From Silanimonas sp. (lineage in GTDB: Bacteria; Pseudomonadota; Gammaproteobacteria; Xanthomonadales; Xanthomonadaceae), in the NCBI GenBank assembly GCA_027532825.1, contig JAPZTL010000027.1, forward strand, positions 3,674 to 67,673: a stretch of 64,000 nucleotides of DNA, given 5' to 3'. The notes below the pieces were generated by a model. The model worked only from the letters and a program-made list of their open reading frames with translations, made no database searches and was not told the origin of the DNA. Shown here piece after piece: positions 28,223 through 39,009 of this stretch. A program made the translations under genes and the position numbers. The number at the start of each line of letters is the position of its first letter. Position 1 is the first letter of the stretch.

Positions 28223-31090
28223 ATGCCCCTGCTCCGACCGCTGACCCTCGCGCTCGCCCTCGCCCTGCCCGGCCTCGCCCTCGCGTCGTCGGCACCCGCC
28301 GCGGACGGCGGAACGCCCGCCGAGGTGCGCATTCCCTACGAGACGTTCACCCTGCCGAACGGCCTGCGGGTGATCGTGCACACCGACCGCAAGGCACCGA
28401 TCGTGGCCGTCAACGTCTGGTACCACGTGGGCAGCAAGGACGAGGAACCGGGCCGCACCGGCTTTGCCCACCTTTTTGAACACCTGATGTTCCAAGGCTC
28501 GGAAAACTGGAAGAACGAGTTCTTCGGCCCCTTCGAGCAGGTGGGTGCCACCGACCAGAACGGCACCACCAACACCGACCGCACGAACTACTTCCAGAAC
28601 GTGCCGACCACCGCGCTCGACCTTGCGCTGTGGATGGAATCCGACCGCATGGGCCACTTCGCCGGCGCCATCTCGCAGGAACTTCTGGATGAGCAGCGCG
28701 GCGTGGTGCAAAACGAGAAGCGCCAAGGCGAGAACCAGCCCTACGGCCGCGTCTGGAGCTTCCTCGCCGAGAAGGGCTTCCCGTCCGGGCACCCCTACAG
28801 CTGGAGCACGATCGGCTCGATGGCCGACCTCAACGCCGCCTCGATCGAGGACGTGAAGCGCTGGTTCTCGGCCTGGTATGGCCCGAACAACGCGGTGCTG
28901 GTGCTGGCCGGCGACATCGACCTCGCGACGGCGAAGGAAAAGGTGGCGAAGTACTTCGGCGACATCCCGGCGGGCCCAACCATGACGCAGCCGGCGGTGA
29001 ACCTCGCTGCCCGCACGGAAAGCGCCCGCTACACGATGACCGACCGCGTGCCGCAGTCGCGGCTGTATCGCGTGTGGAACACCCCGCAGTTCGGCACGGC
29101 CGACGCCCAGCAACTCTCGCTGCTGGCCCAGGTGCTCGCCGGCTCACGCAGCTCGCGCCTCGACAAGCGACTGGTGTTCGAGGAGAAGCTCGCCGACAGC
29201 GTCGGCGCCTTCTCATGGGGCAGCCAGCTCGCAGGCATGTTCATGCTGCAGGTCGACATCAAGCAGGGCGTCGACCCGGCCAAGGTCGAGGCCATCGTCG
29301 ATGAGGAAATGAAGAAGCTGCTGGCCGAGGGCCCCACAGCCACCGAGATCGACCAGGCGCGCACCGTGTTTGAAGCCGGGTTCATCCGCGGCATCGAGCG
29401 CATCGGCGGCTTCGGCGGCAAGGCCGACGTGCTGGCCGAGTGCGCCGTGTTCACCGGCGACCCCGGCTGCTACCGCCGCGATCTCGCCGTGCTGGGTGGC
29501 GCCACCGCCGCCTCGGTGCAGGCCGCCGGCCGCCAGTGGCTGGGCCAAGGCGACCTCACGCTGCTCGTCACCCCGGGCGACCGCCCGGCCCTGATCGAGG
29601 ACAACAGCACGGCGCGCGAGGGCTATGTGTCACCGCCGATCCCCGCCGTCGATCCGAGATTCACCACGGTCGCCAGCACGGTCGACCGCAGTGCCGGCCC
29701 GCCGATGCCCGACACCTATCCGGGCTTGAGTTTCCCGGCCCTGCAGCGCGCCACGCTGGCGAACGGCATGAAGGTCGTGCTGGCCGAGCGCAAGGGCCTT
29801 CCGGTGGTGCAGATGAGCATGGAGTTCACTGGCGGCTACGCGGCCGACCAGGGCCGCAAGCTGGGCACCTCGAGCTTCACGATGGGCATGCTCGACGAAG
29901 GCGCCGGCGACTACGACGCACTGCGGTTCGGCGACCGCGCCGAGTCGCTGGGCGCCCAGCTCAGCGCCGGCGCGAGCCTGGACGGTGGCAACGCCTTCCT
30001 CTCGGCGCTCACCGACAAGCTCGATGCCTCGCTCGCGCTCTATGCCGACATGATCCAGCGCCCGCGCTTCGCCGAAGCCGATGTCGAACGCGTTCGCGCC
30101 AGCTGGCTTGCCGGCATCAAGCAGGAAAAGGCCCGTCCGAACGCGCTGGCCAACCGCCTGCTGCCGCCACTGATGTACGGCGAAGGCCATCCGTACGCCA
30201 TCCCGTTCTCGGGCTCGGGCACCGAGGCCTCGATCGCCTCGCTGACGGTCGACGACCTGAAGGCGTTCCACGGCGACTTCGTTCGCCCCGACAACGCCAC
30301 CCTGATCGTCGTCGGTGACACCACGCTGGCCGAGATCACCCCGATGCTCGAGAAGCACTTCGGCGACTGGAAGGCCCCGTCCACGCCGGTGCCGCAGCCG
30401 GCCATCGCTCCCGTGGCCCTGCCCACCCAGCCGCGCGTGTTCCTGGTCGACCAGCCCGGCGCCCTCCAGGCCACGATCCTCGCCGGCCAACTGGCGCCGC
30501 CGACCACCGACGCGCGCGCCGTCGAGTTCGATATCGCCAACTCGGTGCTCGGGGGTGAGTTCAGCTCGCGCCTGAACATGAACCTGCGCGAGGAGAAGAG
30601 CTGGGCCTACGGCGCCTACAGCTTCACCTCGGGCGCCAAGGGCCAGCGCCCGTGGATCGCCTTCGCCCCGGTGCAGATCGACAAGACCGCCGAGGCCCTG
30701 CAGGAAATGCAGCGCGAGATCGCCGCCTACGCCGCTGGCTCCGAGCCGGCCACGGCCGAGGAGGTCGCCAAGATCCAGGCCACCGAGATCCGCAGCCTGC
30801 CGGGCTCGTTCGAGACGGCCAATGCGGTGCTGGGCCAGATCGGCGGCATCGTCCGCTACGGGCGCCCGGACAACTGGGTCGAGGTGCGCCGCTCGCGCAT
30901 CGAGGGCCTGAACCCGGCGATCGTCAACGCGGCGGCGAAGACCCTCGATCCGAAGGCGCTGACCTGGGTGGTCGTCGGCGACCTGTCGAAGATCGAGGCG
31001 CCGGTGCGCGCCCTGGACCTCGGCGAGGTGCAGGTCATCGACTCGGACGGCCGCCCGGTCGCCGCGCCGGCCACGACCGCCGCGCGCTGA
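28223..31090 (+). CDS. M16 (pitrilysin/insulinase-family) zinc peptidase, exported
   Basis: Signal peptide, HLFEH (HxxEH), two M16 halves; about 955 aa. Confidence 0.93.
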   Translation: MPLLRPLTLALALALPGLALASSAPAADGGTPAEVRIPYETFTLPNGLRVIVHTDRKAPIVAVNVWYHVGSKDEEPGRTGFAHLFEHLMFQGSENWKNEFFGPFEQVGATDQNGTTNTDRTNYFQNVPTTALDLALWMESDRMGHFAGAISQELLDEQRGVVQNEKRQGENQPYGRVWSFLAEKGFPSGHPYSWSTIGSMADLNAASIEDVKRWFSAWYGPNNAVLVLAGDIDLATAKEKVAKYFGDIPAGPTMTQPAVNLAARTESARYTMTDRVPQSRLYRVWNTPQFGTADAQQLSLLAQVLAGSRSSRLDKRLVFEEKLADSVGAFSWGSQLAGMFMLQVDIKQGVDPAKVEAIVDEEMKKLLAEGPTATEIDQARTVFEAGFIRGIERIGGFGGKADVLAECAVFTGDPGCYRRDLAVLGGATAASVQAAGRQWLGQGDLTLLVTPGDRPALIEDNSTAREGYVSPPIPAVDPRFTTVASTVDRSAGPPMPDTYPGLSFPALQRATLANGMKVVLAERKGLPVVQMSMEFTGGYAADQGRKLGTSSFTMGMLDEGAGDYDALRFGDRAESLGAQLSAGASLDGGNAFLSALTDKLDASLALYADMIQRPRFAEADVERVRASWLAGIKQEKARPNALANRLLPPLMYGEGHPYAIPFSGSGTEASIASLTVDDLKAFHGDFVRPDNATLIVVGDTTLAEITPMLEKHFGDWKAPSTPVPQPAIAPVALPTQPRVFLVDQPGALQATILAGQLAPPTTDARAVEFDIANSVLGGEFSSRLNMNLREEKSWAYGAYSFTSGAKGQRPWIAFAPVQIDKTAEALQEMQREIAAYAAGSEPATAEEVAKIQATEIRSLPGSFETANAVLGQIGGIVRYGRPDNWVEVRRSRIEGLNPAIVNAAAKTLDPKALTWVVVGDLSKIEAPVRALDLGEVQVIDSDGRPVAAPATTAAR

Positions 31091-31210
31091 CGTCGCGGGG
31101 GGGCCGGCCGCGCCGGCCCGGCGCGGAGTTAATCCCCGATTGACCCGACGCCCGGCACAATCCGGGCGTCGCCTTTTTCGCTCTTCCCCCGACCTCCCGG
31201 AGATCCCGCG

Positions 31211-31621
31211 ATGCGCCACTGCCGCCTGTCGATCGTTCCTTTCCTCGCCGTCGTCGCGCTCTCGGGCTGCTCCTTCGTCGAGATCCAGCCGGGCGGCGTC
31301 CAGGTGCGCGTCGCGACGCCGGGCCAGGCGCTGAGCTGCGAGCGTCGCGGCGAGATCGTGGTCTCCGTGAAGGACCGGCTCGGGCCGCTCGACCGCAACG
31401 AACTGCGGGTGCGCGACGAACTCGAGGTGCTGGCCCGCAACGAGGCGCCCGCGCTGGGCGCCGACACCGTGCAGGCGCTCGGCGATCCGATGGACGGCGA
31501 ACAGCGCTTCCGGGCCTACCGCTGCGGCGGTCCCGTCGGCCCGCGTCCGGCGGGGCCGGAGACCACCGTCGAGCCGCTGCCGGAGGGCGAGGCGGAAACG
31601 GCGCCCCTGCGCGACGAGTGA
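31211..31621 (+). CDS. DUF4156-like lipoprotein
   Basis: Lipobox LSGC, C...GE.V.SV, ARNEA..LGADTV...AYRC; commonly found upstream of oleA. Confidence 0.75.
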   Translation: MRHCRLSIVPFLAVVALSGCSFVEIQPGGVQVRVATPGQALSCERRGEIVVSVKDRLGPLDRNELRVRDELEVLARNEAPALGADTVQALGDPMDGEQRFRAYRCGGPVGPRPAGPETTVEPLPEGEAETAPLRDE

Positions 31622-31711
31622 ACCCGGCGGGCCGGGCGCGTGAAGGCCCCGGCCGGCAGGGTGCACAGGCGTGCGGTAAACTCCGGCGCTCGTTTCCCCG
31701 GGATCCTCCCC

Positions 31712-32728
31712 ATGCTGTTCCAGCACGTCTCCATCGCCGGCCTCGCCCACATCGACGCGCCCCACACGCTGTCGTCGGACGAGATCAACCTGCGGCTGAA
31801 GCCGACCCTCGACCGCCTCGGCATCAAGACCGACGTGCTTCGCGACGTCGCCGGGATCCGCGCCCGGCGCCTCTGGGACAAGGACATGCCGCTGGCGGAT
31901 GCCGCCACGGCCGTGGCGCGCAAGGCGATCGCCGAGGCCAACGTCGACCCGGCCAAGATCGGCATCCTGATCAACACCTCGGTCTCGCGTGATTTCCTCG
32001 AGCCGTCCGTCGCCTCGATTGTCTCGGGCCAGCTCGGCCTGGCCGACACCTGCCAGAACTTCGACGTGGCGAACGCCTGCCTCGCGTTCATCAACGGCAT
32101 GGACATCGCCGGCCGCATGATCGAACGCGGCGAGATCGACTACGCGCTGATCGTCAACGCCGAGAACGCCAACATCGTCTACGAGAAGACGATCGAGCGC
32201 CTGAACCGCGAAGGCATCACCGCCGACGAGTTCCGCAACGAGTTCGCCAGCTTGACGCTGGGCTGCGGCGCCGCCGCGATGGTGCTGGCCCGCCGCGAAC
32301 TGGTGCCGGACGCCCCGCAGTACCGCGGCGGCGTCACCCGCGCGGCCACGCAGTGGAGCCACCTCTGCCGCGGCAACCTCGACCGCATGGTCACCGACAC
32401 GAAGATGCTGCTGATCGAAGGCATCAAGCTCGCCCAGCTGACCTTCCAGGCCGCACGGCAGGCGCTGGGCTGGGCGGTGGAGGAGATGGACGAGTTCGTG
32501 ATCCACCAGATCTCGCGCGCCCACACCGAGGCCTTCCTGAAGACCTTCGGCATCGACCCGCGGAAGGTCCTGACCATCTTCCACGAGCACGGCAACATCG
32601 GCCCGGCCTCGGTGCCGATCGTGCTCTCCAAGCTCAAGGAAATGGGCCGCCTGAAGAAAGGCAAGCGCATCGCCCTGCTCGGCATCGGCTCAGGATTGAA
32701 CTGCTCGATGGCGGAAGTGGTCTGGTAA
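31712..32728 (+). CDS. oleA: OleA acyl-CoA condensing thiolase (olefin biosynthesis)
   Basis: MLFQHVSIAGLAH start; catalytic Glu (FLEP), Cys (NACLAF), His (IHQIS) and Asn (HGNIGPAS). Confidence 0.95.
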   Translation: MLFQHVSIAGLAHIDAPHTLSSDEINLRLKPTLDRLGIKTDVLRDVAGIRARRLWDKDMPLADAATAVARKAIAEANVDPAKIGILINTSVSRDFLEPSVASIVSGQLGLADTCQNFDVANACLAFINGMDIAGRMIERGEIDYALIVNAENANIVYEKTIERLNREGITADEFRNEFASLTLGCGAAAMVLARRELVPDAPQYRGGVTRAATQWSHLCRGNLDRMVTDTKMLLIEGIKLAQLTFQAARQALGWAVEEMDEFVIHQISRAHTEAFLKTFGIDPRKVLTIFHEHGNIGPASVPIVLSKLKEMGRLKKGKRIALLGIGSGLNCSMAEVVW

Positions 32729-32752
32729 GGCCCGCTGCGACCTGATGCGACG

Positions 32753-32776
32753 CGAGGGCCGGGCGACCGGCCCTCG
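32753..32776 (+). other. intercistronic stem-loop between oleA and oleB
   Basis: 10-bp stem CGAGGGCCGG/CCGGCCCTCG closed by a GCGA (GNRA) tetraloop; no U tract. Confidence 0.6.
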
Positions 32777-32831
32777 TCATTGAAGCGGCCGGCGGGCCAC
32801 GCCCCGCGCCGCGCGACACCGAAGGATTCCG

Positions 32832-33734
32832 ATGCCGCTACCGCTCGACACGCTCCCCGACTACCCCTTCACCCCGCAGCGCTTCGCTCGAGGGGCCGGT
32901 ATCGCGATGAGCTATCTCGATGAAGGCCCGCGCGATGGCGAGGTGGTGCTGATGCTGCACGGCAATCCGTCGTGGAGCTTCTACTGGCGCCACCTCGTGC
33001 TCGGACTGCGCGACCGCTACCGCTGCATCGTGCCCGACCACGTCGGCATGGGGCTGTCCGACAAGCCCGACGACAAGCACTACCGCTACACCCTGCAGTC
33101 GCGCATCGAGGACGTGGAGCGCCTGCTCGAACACCTCGGCATCACCGGCCCGATCACGCTGGCCGTCCACGACTGGGGCGGCATGATCGGCTTCGGCTGG
33201 GCCTTGAAGCGCCGCGGTCGGGTCAAGCGGCTCATCGTCACCAACACCGCCGCCTTCCCGCTGCCGAAGGAGAAGCCGCTGCCTTGGCAGCTGCAGCTCG
33301 GCCGCAACTACAACATCGGCGCCCTGCTGATCCGTGGCTTCAACGCCTTCGCCGCCGGCACCATCGACCAGTGCGCGTCGACCAAGGTGTCGCCCGAGGT
33401 GCGCGCGGCCTACGTCGCGCCCTACGACTCGTGGAAGAACCGCATCAGCACGCTGCGCTTCGTGCAGGACATCCCGCTGTCGCCGAGGGACAAGGCCTGG
33501 GCCTTCGTCGACGAGGCCGGCCGCACGCTGCACGAGTACGCCGACCGCCCGGCCTTCATCGGCTGGGGCCTGCAGGACTTCGTGTTCGACCACCACTTCC
33601 TGAAGGGCTTCACCGACGCGCTGCCCAAGGCCGAAGTGATGGCCTTCGACGACGCCCACCACTACGTGCTGGAAGACAAGCACGCGGTGCTGGTGCCGGC
33701 GATCCGCCGCTTCCTCGACGCGAACCCGCTCTGA
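32832..33734 (+). CDS. oleB: OleB beta-lactone decarboxylase (haloalkane-dehalogenase-like alpha/beta hydrolase)
   Basis: HGNPSW, HDWGG nucleophile, HHYVLED; second gene of the ole cluster. Confidence 0.92.
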   Translation: MPLPLDTLPDYPFTPQRFARGAGIAMSYLDEGPRDGEVVLMLHGNPSWSFYWRHLVLGLRDRYRCIVPDHVGMGLSDKPDDKHYRYTLQSRIEDVERLLEHLGITGPITLAVHDWGGMIGFGWALKRRGRVKRLIVTNTAAFPLPKEKPLPWQLQLGRNYNIGALLIRGFNAFAAGTIDQCASTKVSPEVRAAYVAPYDSWKNRISTLRFVQDIPLSPRDKAWAFVDEAGRTLHEYADRPAFIGWGLQDFVFDHHFLKGFTDALPKAEVMAFDDAHHYVLEDKHAVLVPAIRRFLDANPL

Positions 33735-33744
33735 CGCCACGACG

Positions 33745-35448
33745 ATGACGGCGACCGCCAACATCGCCGCCGTGCTGCCGCGCATCGCGGCGGAACGCCC
33801 GGAGCAGCCGGCGATGCGCTGCCCGGGCGGCCAAGGCGCCGACGGCTTCGCCCGCTACGACGTCGTACTCACCTATGGCGAGCTCGACCGTCGTTCCGAT
33901 GCCATTGCCGCCGGCCTGCAGGCCTATGGCATCCGCCGCGGCATGCGGACCGTCGTGATGGTGCGGCCGTCGCCGGAGTTCTTCCTGCTGATGTTCGCGC
34001 TGTTCAAGCTGGGCGCGGTGCCGGTCCTCGTCGATCCCGGCATCGACCGCCGCGCCCTGAAGCAGTGCCTCGACGAAGCTGCCCCCGAGGCCTTCATCGG
34101 CATCCCGCTGGCGCAGTTCGCGCGCCGCCTCTTCCGCTGGGGCCGCGGAACGGTGCGCCGCGTGGTGACCGTGGGCACCCGGGCGTGGCCGCTGTGGGCC
34201 GGCGAGACCCTCGCCCGCCTCGAGCGCCAGGGCGCGGCCCTGCTGGCGGCCCAGGCCGCGCGCGGCGAGGCCACGGCGATGCTCGCCGACACCCACGGCG
34301 ACGAGGTCGCGGCCCTGCTGTTCACCTCGGGCTCGACCGGCGTGCCGAAGGGTGTGGTGTACCGGCACCGTCATTTCCTCGCGCAGATCGACCTGCTGCG
34401 CGACGCCTTCGGCATCGCGCCGGGCGGCGTCGACCTGCCGACCTTCCCGCCCTTCGCGCTGTTCGATCCGGCGCTGGGCCTGACCTCGATCATCCCGGAC
34501 ATGGACCCGACGCGGCCGGCAAACGCCGACCCGCGCAAGCTGCACGACGCCATCCGGCGCTTCGGCGTCACCCAGCTGTTCGGTTCGCCCGCGCTGATGC
34601 GCGTGCTGGCGGAGCACGGCGAACCGCTGCCGACCCTGCAGCGGGTCACCTCGGCCGGCGCGCCGGTACCGCCCGACGTGGTTGCGGCGATGCGCCGGCT
34701 GCTGCCCGAGGACGCGCAGTTCTGGACGCCGTACGGCGCCACGGAGTGCCTGCCGGTCGCGGTCATCGAGGCCCGCGAGCTCGAGACCACGCGCGAAGCC
34801 ACCGAAGGCGGCGCCGGCACCTGCGTAGGGCGACCCGTCGAAGCCAACACCGTGCGCATCATCCGCATCGTCGACGAGGCCATCGCCTTCTGGCGCGAGG
34901 ACCTGGTCGTCGGGCCGGGCATCGTCGGCGAGATCACCGTCGCCGGGCCCAGCGCCACCGACGAGTACTTCGCGCGCCCCGAAGCCACCCGAATGGCCAA
35001 GATCCGCGAGCGCATCTCGGCGCGCGAGGAGCGCATCGTCCACCGGATGGGCGACCTCGGCTATTTCGACGCCGAGGGGCGGCTGTGGTTCTGCGGCCGC
35101 AAGAGCCACCGCGTCGAGACCGCGGGCGGCCTGATGACGACCGAGCAGATCGAGCCGATCTTCAACACGCATCGCCGCGTGGCGCGCACGGCGCTCGTCG
35201 GGGTGGGCGTGCGCGGCATGCAGACGCCGGTGCTCTGCGTCGAACTGAAGGCCGGCGTGCCCGAGAGCGAGTGGGTGCACGTGCAAGCCGAGCTGGAACG
35301 CCTCGCCATGCGCGAGCCGAAGACGGCACGCATCCACCATTTCCTGCGCCATCCAGGCTTCCCGGTGGACATCCGGCACAACGCCAAGATCGGCCGCGAG
35401 AAGCTCGCCGAATGGGCGAAGGCGCAGCTGCGCGGCGTCCTCCACTGA
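33745..35448 (+). CDS. oleC: OleC beta-lactone synthetase (AMP-binding family)
   Basis: [43 protein letters not shown]. Confidence 0.93.
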   Translation: MTATANIAAVLPRIAAERPEQPAMRCPGGQGADGFARYDVVLTYGELDRRSDAIAAGLQAYGIRRGMRTVVMVRPSPEFFLLMFALFKLGAVPVLVDPGIDRRALKQCLDEAAPEAFIGIPLAQFARRLFRWGRGTVRRVVTVGTRAWPLWAGETLARLERQGAALLAAQAARGEATAMLADTHGDEVAALLFTSGSTGVPKGVVYRHRHFLAQIDLLRDAFGIAPGGVDLPTFPPFALFDPALGLTSIIPDMDPTRPANADPRKLHDAIRRFGVTQLFGSPALMRVLAEHGEPLPTLQRVTSAGAPVPPDVVAAMRRLLPEDAQFWTPYGATECLPVAVIEARELETTREATEGGAGTCVGRPVEANTVRIIRIVDEAIAFWREDLVVGPGIVGEITVAGPSATDEYFARPEATRMAKIRERISAREERIVHRMGDLGYFDAEGRLWFCGRKSHRVETAGGLMTTEQIEPIFNTHRRVARTALVGVGVRGMQTPVLCVELKAGVPESEWVHVQAELERLAMREPKTARIHHFLRHPGFPVDIRHNAKIGREKLAEWAKAQLRGVLH

Positions 35449-35479
35449 ACCGCGACGCGGCCCGGAGGAAGCTCTCGCC

Positions 35480-36505
35480 ATGAAGATCCTCGTCACCGGT
35501 GGGGCCGGCTTCCTCGGCCAGGCGATCTGCCGCGGCCTGCTCGCGCAGGGTCACATGGTCATCAGCACGCAGCGCCGCCGCTCCATCGACCTCGACGCGA
35601 TGGGCGTCGAGCAGCGCTTGGGCGACCTCGCCGACGCCGCCCACGTGCAGCGTGCGCTCGAGGGCGTCGACGCGGTGTTCCACAACGCCGCCAAGGCCGG
35701 CCACTGGGGCAGCGAGCAGAGCTACATCGACGCCAACGTGACCGGCACGATGAACGTGCTGGCGGCGTGCCGCGCGCACGGCATCACGCGCCTCGTCTAC
35801 ACCTCGACACCGAGCGTGGCGCACAACGGCCGCGTGCCCTGCGAGGGCGGCAACGAGATCAGCACGCCCTACGCGCCGGCGTTCAAGGCGCCCTACCCGC
35901 GCACCAAGCAGATCGCCGAAAAGGCGGTGCTGGCCGCGAACGGCAGCGCGGTGGCGGGCGGTGGCACCTTGAGCACCGTCGCGCTGCGCCCTCGGCTGAT
36001 CTGGGGCCCCGGCGACACCAACCTGTTGCCGCGCCTCGTCGAGCGCGCCCGCGCCGGACGCCTGCGCTTCATCGCCGGTGGCCATAACCGCATGGACACG
36101 ACCTACGTCGACAACGCGGCCGACGCGCACCTGAAGGCCTTCGCCGCGCTGGGCCCCGGTTCGGCCTGCGCCGGCAAGGCCTACTTCATCTCGAATGGCG
36201 AGCCGCAGCCGGTGCGCGAGATCATCAACGGCCTGCTGGTGGCGGCCGGCGAGCCGCGCGTCGAGGCCAGCGTGCCCTTCGCCGTGGCCTACGCCGCCGG
36301 CGCGCTGTGCGAGGTGCTCTGGCACACGCTGCCACTGAAGGGCGAACCGCCGATGACGCGCTTCGTCGCCGAGCAACTCGCCACGCCGCACTGGTACGAC
36401 CTCACCGCCGCGAAGCGCGACTTCGGCTACGTGCCGCAGGTCCGCGTGGCCGAGGGCTTGGACCGCCTCGCGCGCTGGTGGCGCGACGCGCACCGCAGCC
36501 CCTGA
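35480..36505 (+). CDS. oleD: OleD 2-alkyl-3-oxoalkanoate reductase
   Basis: [31 protein letters not shown]. Confidence 0.93.
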   Translation: MKILVTGGAGFLGQAICRGLLAQGHMVISTQRRRSIDLDAMGVEQRLGDLADAAHVQRALEGVDAVFHNAAKAGHWGSEQSYIDANVTGTMNVLAACRAHGITRLVYTSTPSVAHNGRVPCEGGNEISTPYAPAFKAPYPRTKQIAEKAVLAANGSAVAGGGTLSTVALRPRLIWGPGDTNLLPRLVERARAGRLRFIAGGHNRMDTTYVDNAADAHLKAFAALGPGSACAGKAYFISNGEPQPVREIINGLLVAAGEPRVEASVPFAVAYAAGALCEVLWHTLPLKGEPPMTRFVAEQLATPHWYDLTAAKRDFGYVPQVRVAEGLDRLARWWRDAHRSP

Positions 36506-36515
36506 TCGAGGCGCC

Positions 36516-37190
36516 TCAACGCCCGTCGCGTTTCCAAGGGCGGATCAGCCCCGGCGGTCGTTGGTCGCGTTCGCGCGCCTCGCCAGCGCGGGCCGACTGC
36601 GTGGCTGCCCGCGGCGCGCCGCTGCGGCGGTGCCGCGCGGGCGGTTCCGGCGCCGGCACCTCGCGCCATTGTCCGGCCGCCAATCCGTCCAGCGTGTACG
36701 GGCCGATGGCCTCGCGCACCAGCCGCAGCGTGGGCAGGCCTACCCCTGCGGTCATGCGCCGCACCTGCCGGTTGCGGCCTTCGCGGATCACCAGCCGCAG
36801 CCACGCGTCCGGCACCGTCTGCCGCACCCGCACCGGCGGCACGCGCGGCGGCAGCCACGCGGGCACCTCGATGACCTCGACCCCGGCGGGCTTGGTCGGG
36901 CCGTCGTTGAGAACGAGGCCGTCGCGGAGGCGCTGCAGCGCCTCGTCCGTCGGCGTGCCTTCCACCTGCACGAGGTAAGTCTTGGGCCAGTCGAACTTCG
37001 GCGAACCGATCGCCGCCACCAGCGCGCCGTCGTCAGTCAACAGCAGCAGGCCTTCGCTGTCGAAGTCGAGCCGGCCCGCCGCGTAGACGCCCTTCGGCAG
37101 ACCGAAGCCTGCCAGCGTCGGCCGCGGCGGCTGGCTGCGGTCGGTGAACTGGCACAGCACGTTCATCGGTTTGTGGAAGGCGACGAGCAT
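36516..37190 (-). CDS. rluE: rRNA pseudouridine synthase (RluE-like)
   Basis: FHKPMNVLCQF, AAGRLDFDSEGLLLLT (catalytic Asp), EGRNRQVRRMTA. Confidence 0.85.
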   Translation of the reverse strand: MLVAFHKPMNVLCQFTDRSQPPRPTLAGFGLPKGVYAAGRLDFDSEGLLLLTDDGALVAAIGSPKFDWPKTYLVQVEGTPTDEALQRLRDGLVLNDGPTKPAGVEVIEVPAWLPPRVPPVRVRQTVPDAWLRLVIREGRNRQVRRMTAGVGLPTLRLVREAIGPYTLDGLAAGQWREVPAPEPPARHRRSGAPRAATQSARAGEARERDQRPPGLIRPWKRDGR

Positions 37191-37245
37191 GGTCGGGATT
37201 CTAGGGGCCAGCGGATAGACTGCGGCCATCCACCGACGATCGCCC

Positions 37246-39009
37246 ATGCATCCCCTCCGCCGACTCTTCGGCTACGCCCGCGCCTACCGCCGGGACGCCG
37301 CCCTCGGCACGGTCTACTCCGTGCTCAACAAGGTGTTCGACGTCCTGCCCGAGCTGCTGATCGGCGTGGCGGTGGACGTCGTCGTCAATCGCGAGGACAG
37401 TTTCCTCGCCGGCTTCGGCCTCGCCGACCCGATGCACCAGCTCGCGCTGCTCACGGCGCTGACGGTCGTCGTCTGGGTGCTCGAGTCCGCCTTCGAGTAC
37501 CTCTACGCGCTGAAGTGGCGGGGCCTCGCGCAGGACCTCCAGCACGAGCTCCGCCTCGCCGCGTACGGCCACCTGCAGCAGCAGCCGCCCGGCGCGATCC
37601 GCGAGGCGCGCGCCGGACGGCTGATGGCCGTGCTCAACGAGGACGTGAACCAGGTCGAACGCTTCCTCAACACCGGGGCCAACGACCTCATCCAGGTCGC
37701 GGTCGGCTCCTCGCTGGTGGGCGTCTTCTTCTTCGTGGTGACCGCCGACCTCGCGGCGCTGGCGCTGCTGCCGGTGCCGCTGATCCTCGTCGGCGCGTTC
37801 TGGTTCCAGAAGCGCCTGCAGCCCCGCTACGCCGCCGCACGCGAGGCGGCGGCGACGGTGTCCGCGCGCCTCGACAACAACCTCGACGGCATGGCCACGA
37901 TCCAGGCCTACACCGCCGAGGCCGCGGAGCTGGCCCACGTGCGCGACGCGTCCGACGCTTACCGCGCGGCCAACGCGGAGGCGATCCGTTTCTCGGCGGC
38001 CATCACGCCGGTGATCCGCATGGCGGTGCTGGCCGGCTTCGCCGCGACCCTGCTGTATGGCGGCCACCTCGTGCTGTCCGGCGACCTCGGCGTCGGCAGC
38101 TACTCCGCGCTGGTGTACCTGACCCAGCGCCTGCTGTGGCCGCTGACGCGGCTCGCGGAAATGACCGACCTCTACAACCGCTCGATGGCGTCGGTCACGC
38201 GGGTGATGGACCTGCTGGAGACCCCGCTGCCGCCGCGCGCGACCGGCGTCCTCGAGCACCGACCGCGCGGCGCGTTGGCCTTCGAGGGCCTGCGCCACGC
38301 GTACGAGGGCCGCGTCGTGCTCGACGGCATCGACCTCGCCGTCGCGCCGGGGCAGACGGTCGCGCTGGTCGGCGCCACCGGCGCGGGCAAGAGCACCCTG
38401 CTGAAGCGCCTGCTCGGCTTCCTGCCCGCGCAGGGCGGCCGGATCACGCTCGACGGCATCGATCTGGCCGGCATCGACCCGAGTGCGCTGCGCCGGCACG
38501 TGGCCTATGTCGCGCAGGACCCCTTCCTGACCGACGGCACGGTGGCCGAGAACATCGCCTATGGCGATGCGCGGCCGGACCGGATGCGGATCGAAGCGGC
38601 GGGCCGTGGCGCGGAAGCGCATGGCTTCATCACGGCCCTGCCCGGCGGCTACGACGCCCCGGTCGGCGAGCGCGGCGCGCGGCTCTCGGGCGGGCAGCGC
38701 CAACGCATCGCGCTGGCCCGTGCGCTGTACCGCGATCCGGCGCTGCTGCTGCTCGACGAGGCGACCTCGGCGGTGGACAACGAGACCGAAGCCGCGATCC
38801 AGCGCTCGCTGGCCACCCACGCCAAGGGCCGGACCACGCTGGTCGTGGCCCACCGGCTCAGCACCGTGCGCCACGCCGATGCCATCCACGTGCTCGATGC
38901 GGGCCGCATCGTAGAGTCGGGGACGCACGATGCCCTGCTCGCCCGCAACGGCGCCTACGCCGCCCTGTGGCGGCTCCAGACCGGAGAGTCCACGCCCGAT
39001 GCCCCATGA
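37246..39009 (+). CDS. ABC exporter, fused permease/ATPase (MsbA-like)
   Basis: TM domain, Walker [18 protein letters not shown] signature, LLLDEATS. Confidence 0.93.
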   Translation: MHPLRRLFGYARAYRRDAALGTVYSVLNKVFDVLPELLIGVAVDVVVNREDSFLAGFGLADPMHQLALLTALTVVVWVLESAFEYLYALKWRGLAQDLQHELRLAAYGHLQQQPPGAIREARAGRLMAVLNEDVNQVERFLNTGANDLIQVAVGSSLVGVFFFVVTADLAALALLPVPLILVGAFWFQKRLQPRYAAAREAAATVSARLDNNLDGMATIQAYTAEAAELAHVRDASDAYRAANAEAIRFSAAITPVIRMAVLAGFAATLLYGGHLVLSGDLGVGSYSALVYLTQRLLWPLTRLAEMTDLYNRSMASVTRVMDLLETPLPPRATGVLEHRPRGALAFEGLRHAYEGRVVLDGIDLAVAPGQTVALVGATGAGKSTLLKRLLGFLPAQGGRITLDGIDLAGIDPSALRRHVAYVAQDPFLTDGTVAENIAYGDARPDRMRIEAAGRGAEAHGFITALPGGYDAPVGERGARLSGGQRQRIALARALYRDPALLLLDEATSAVDNETEAAIQRSLATHAKGRTTLVVAHRLSTVRHADAIHVLDAGRIVESGTHDALLARNGAYAALWRLQTGESTPDAP

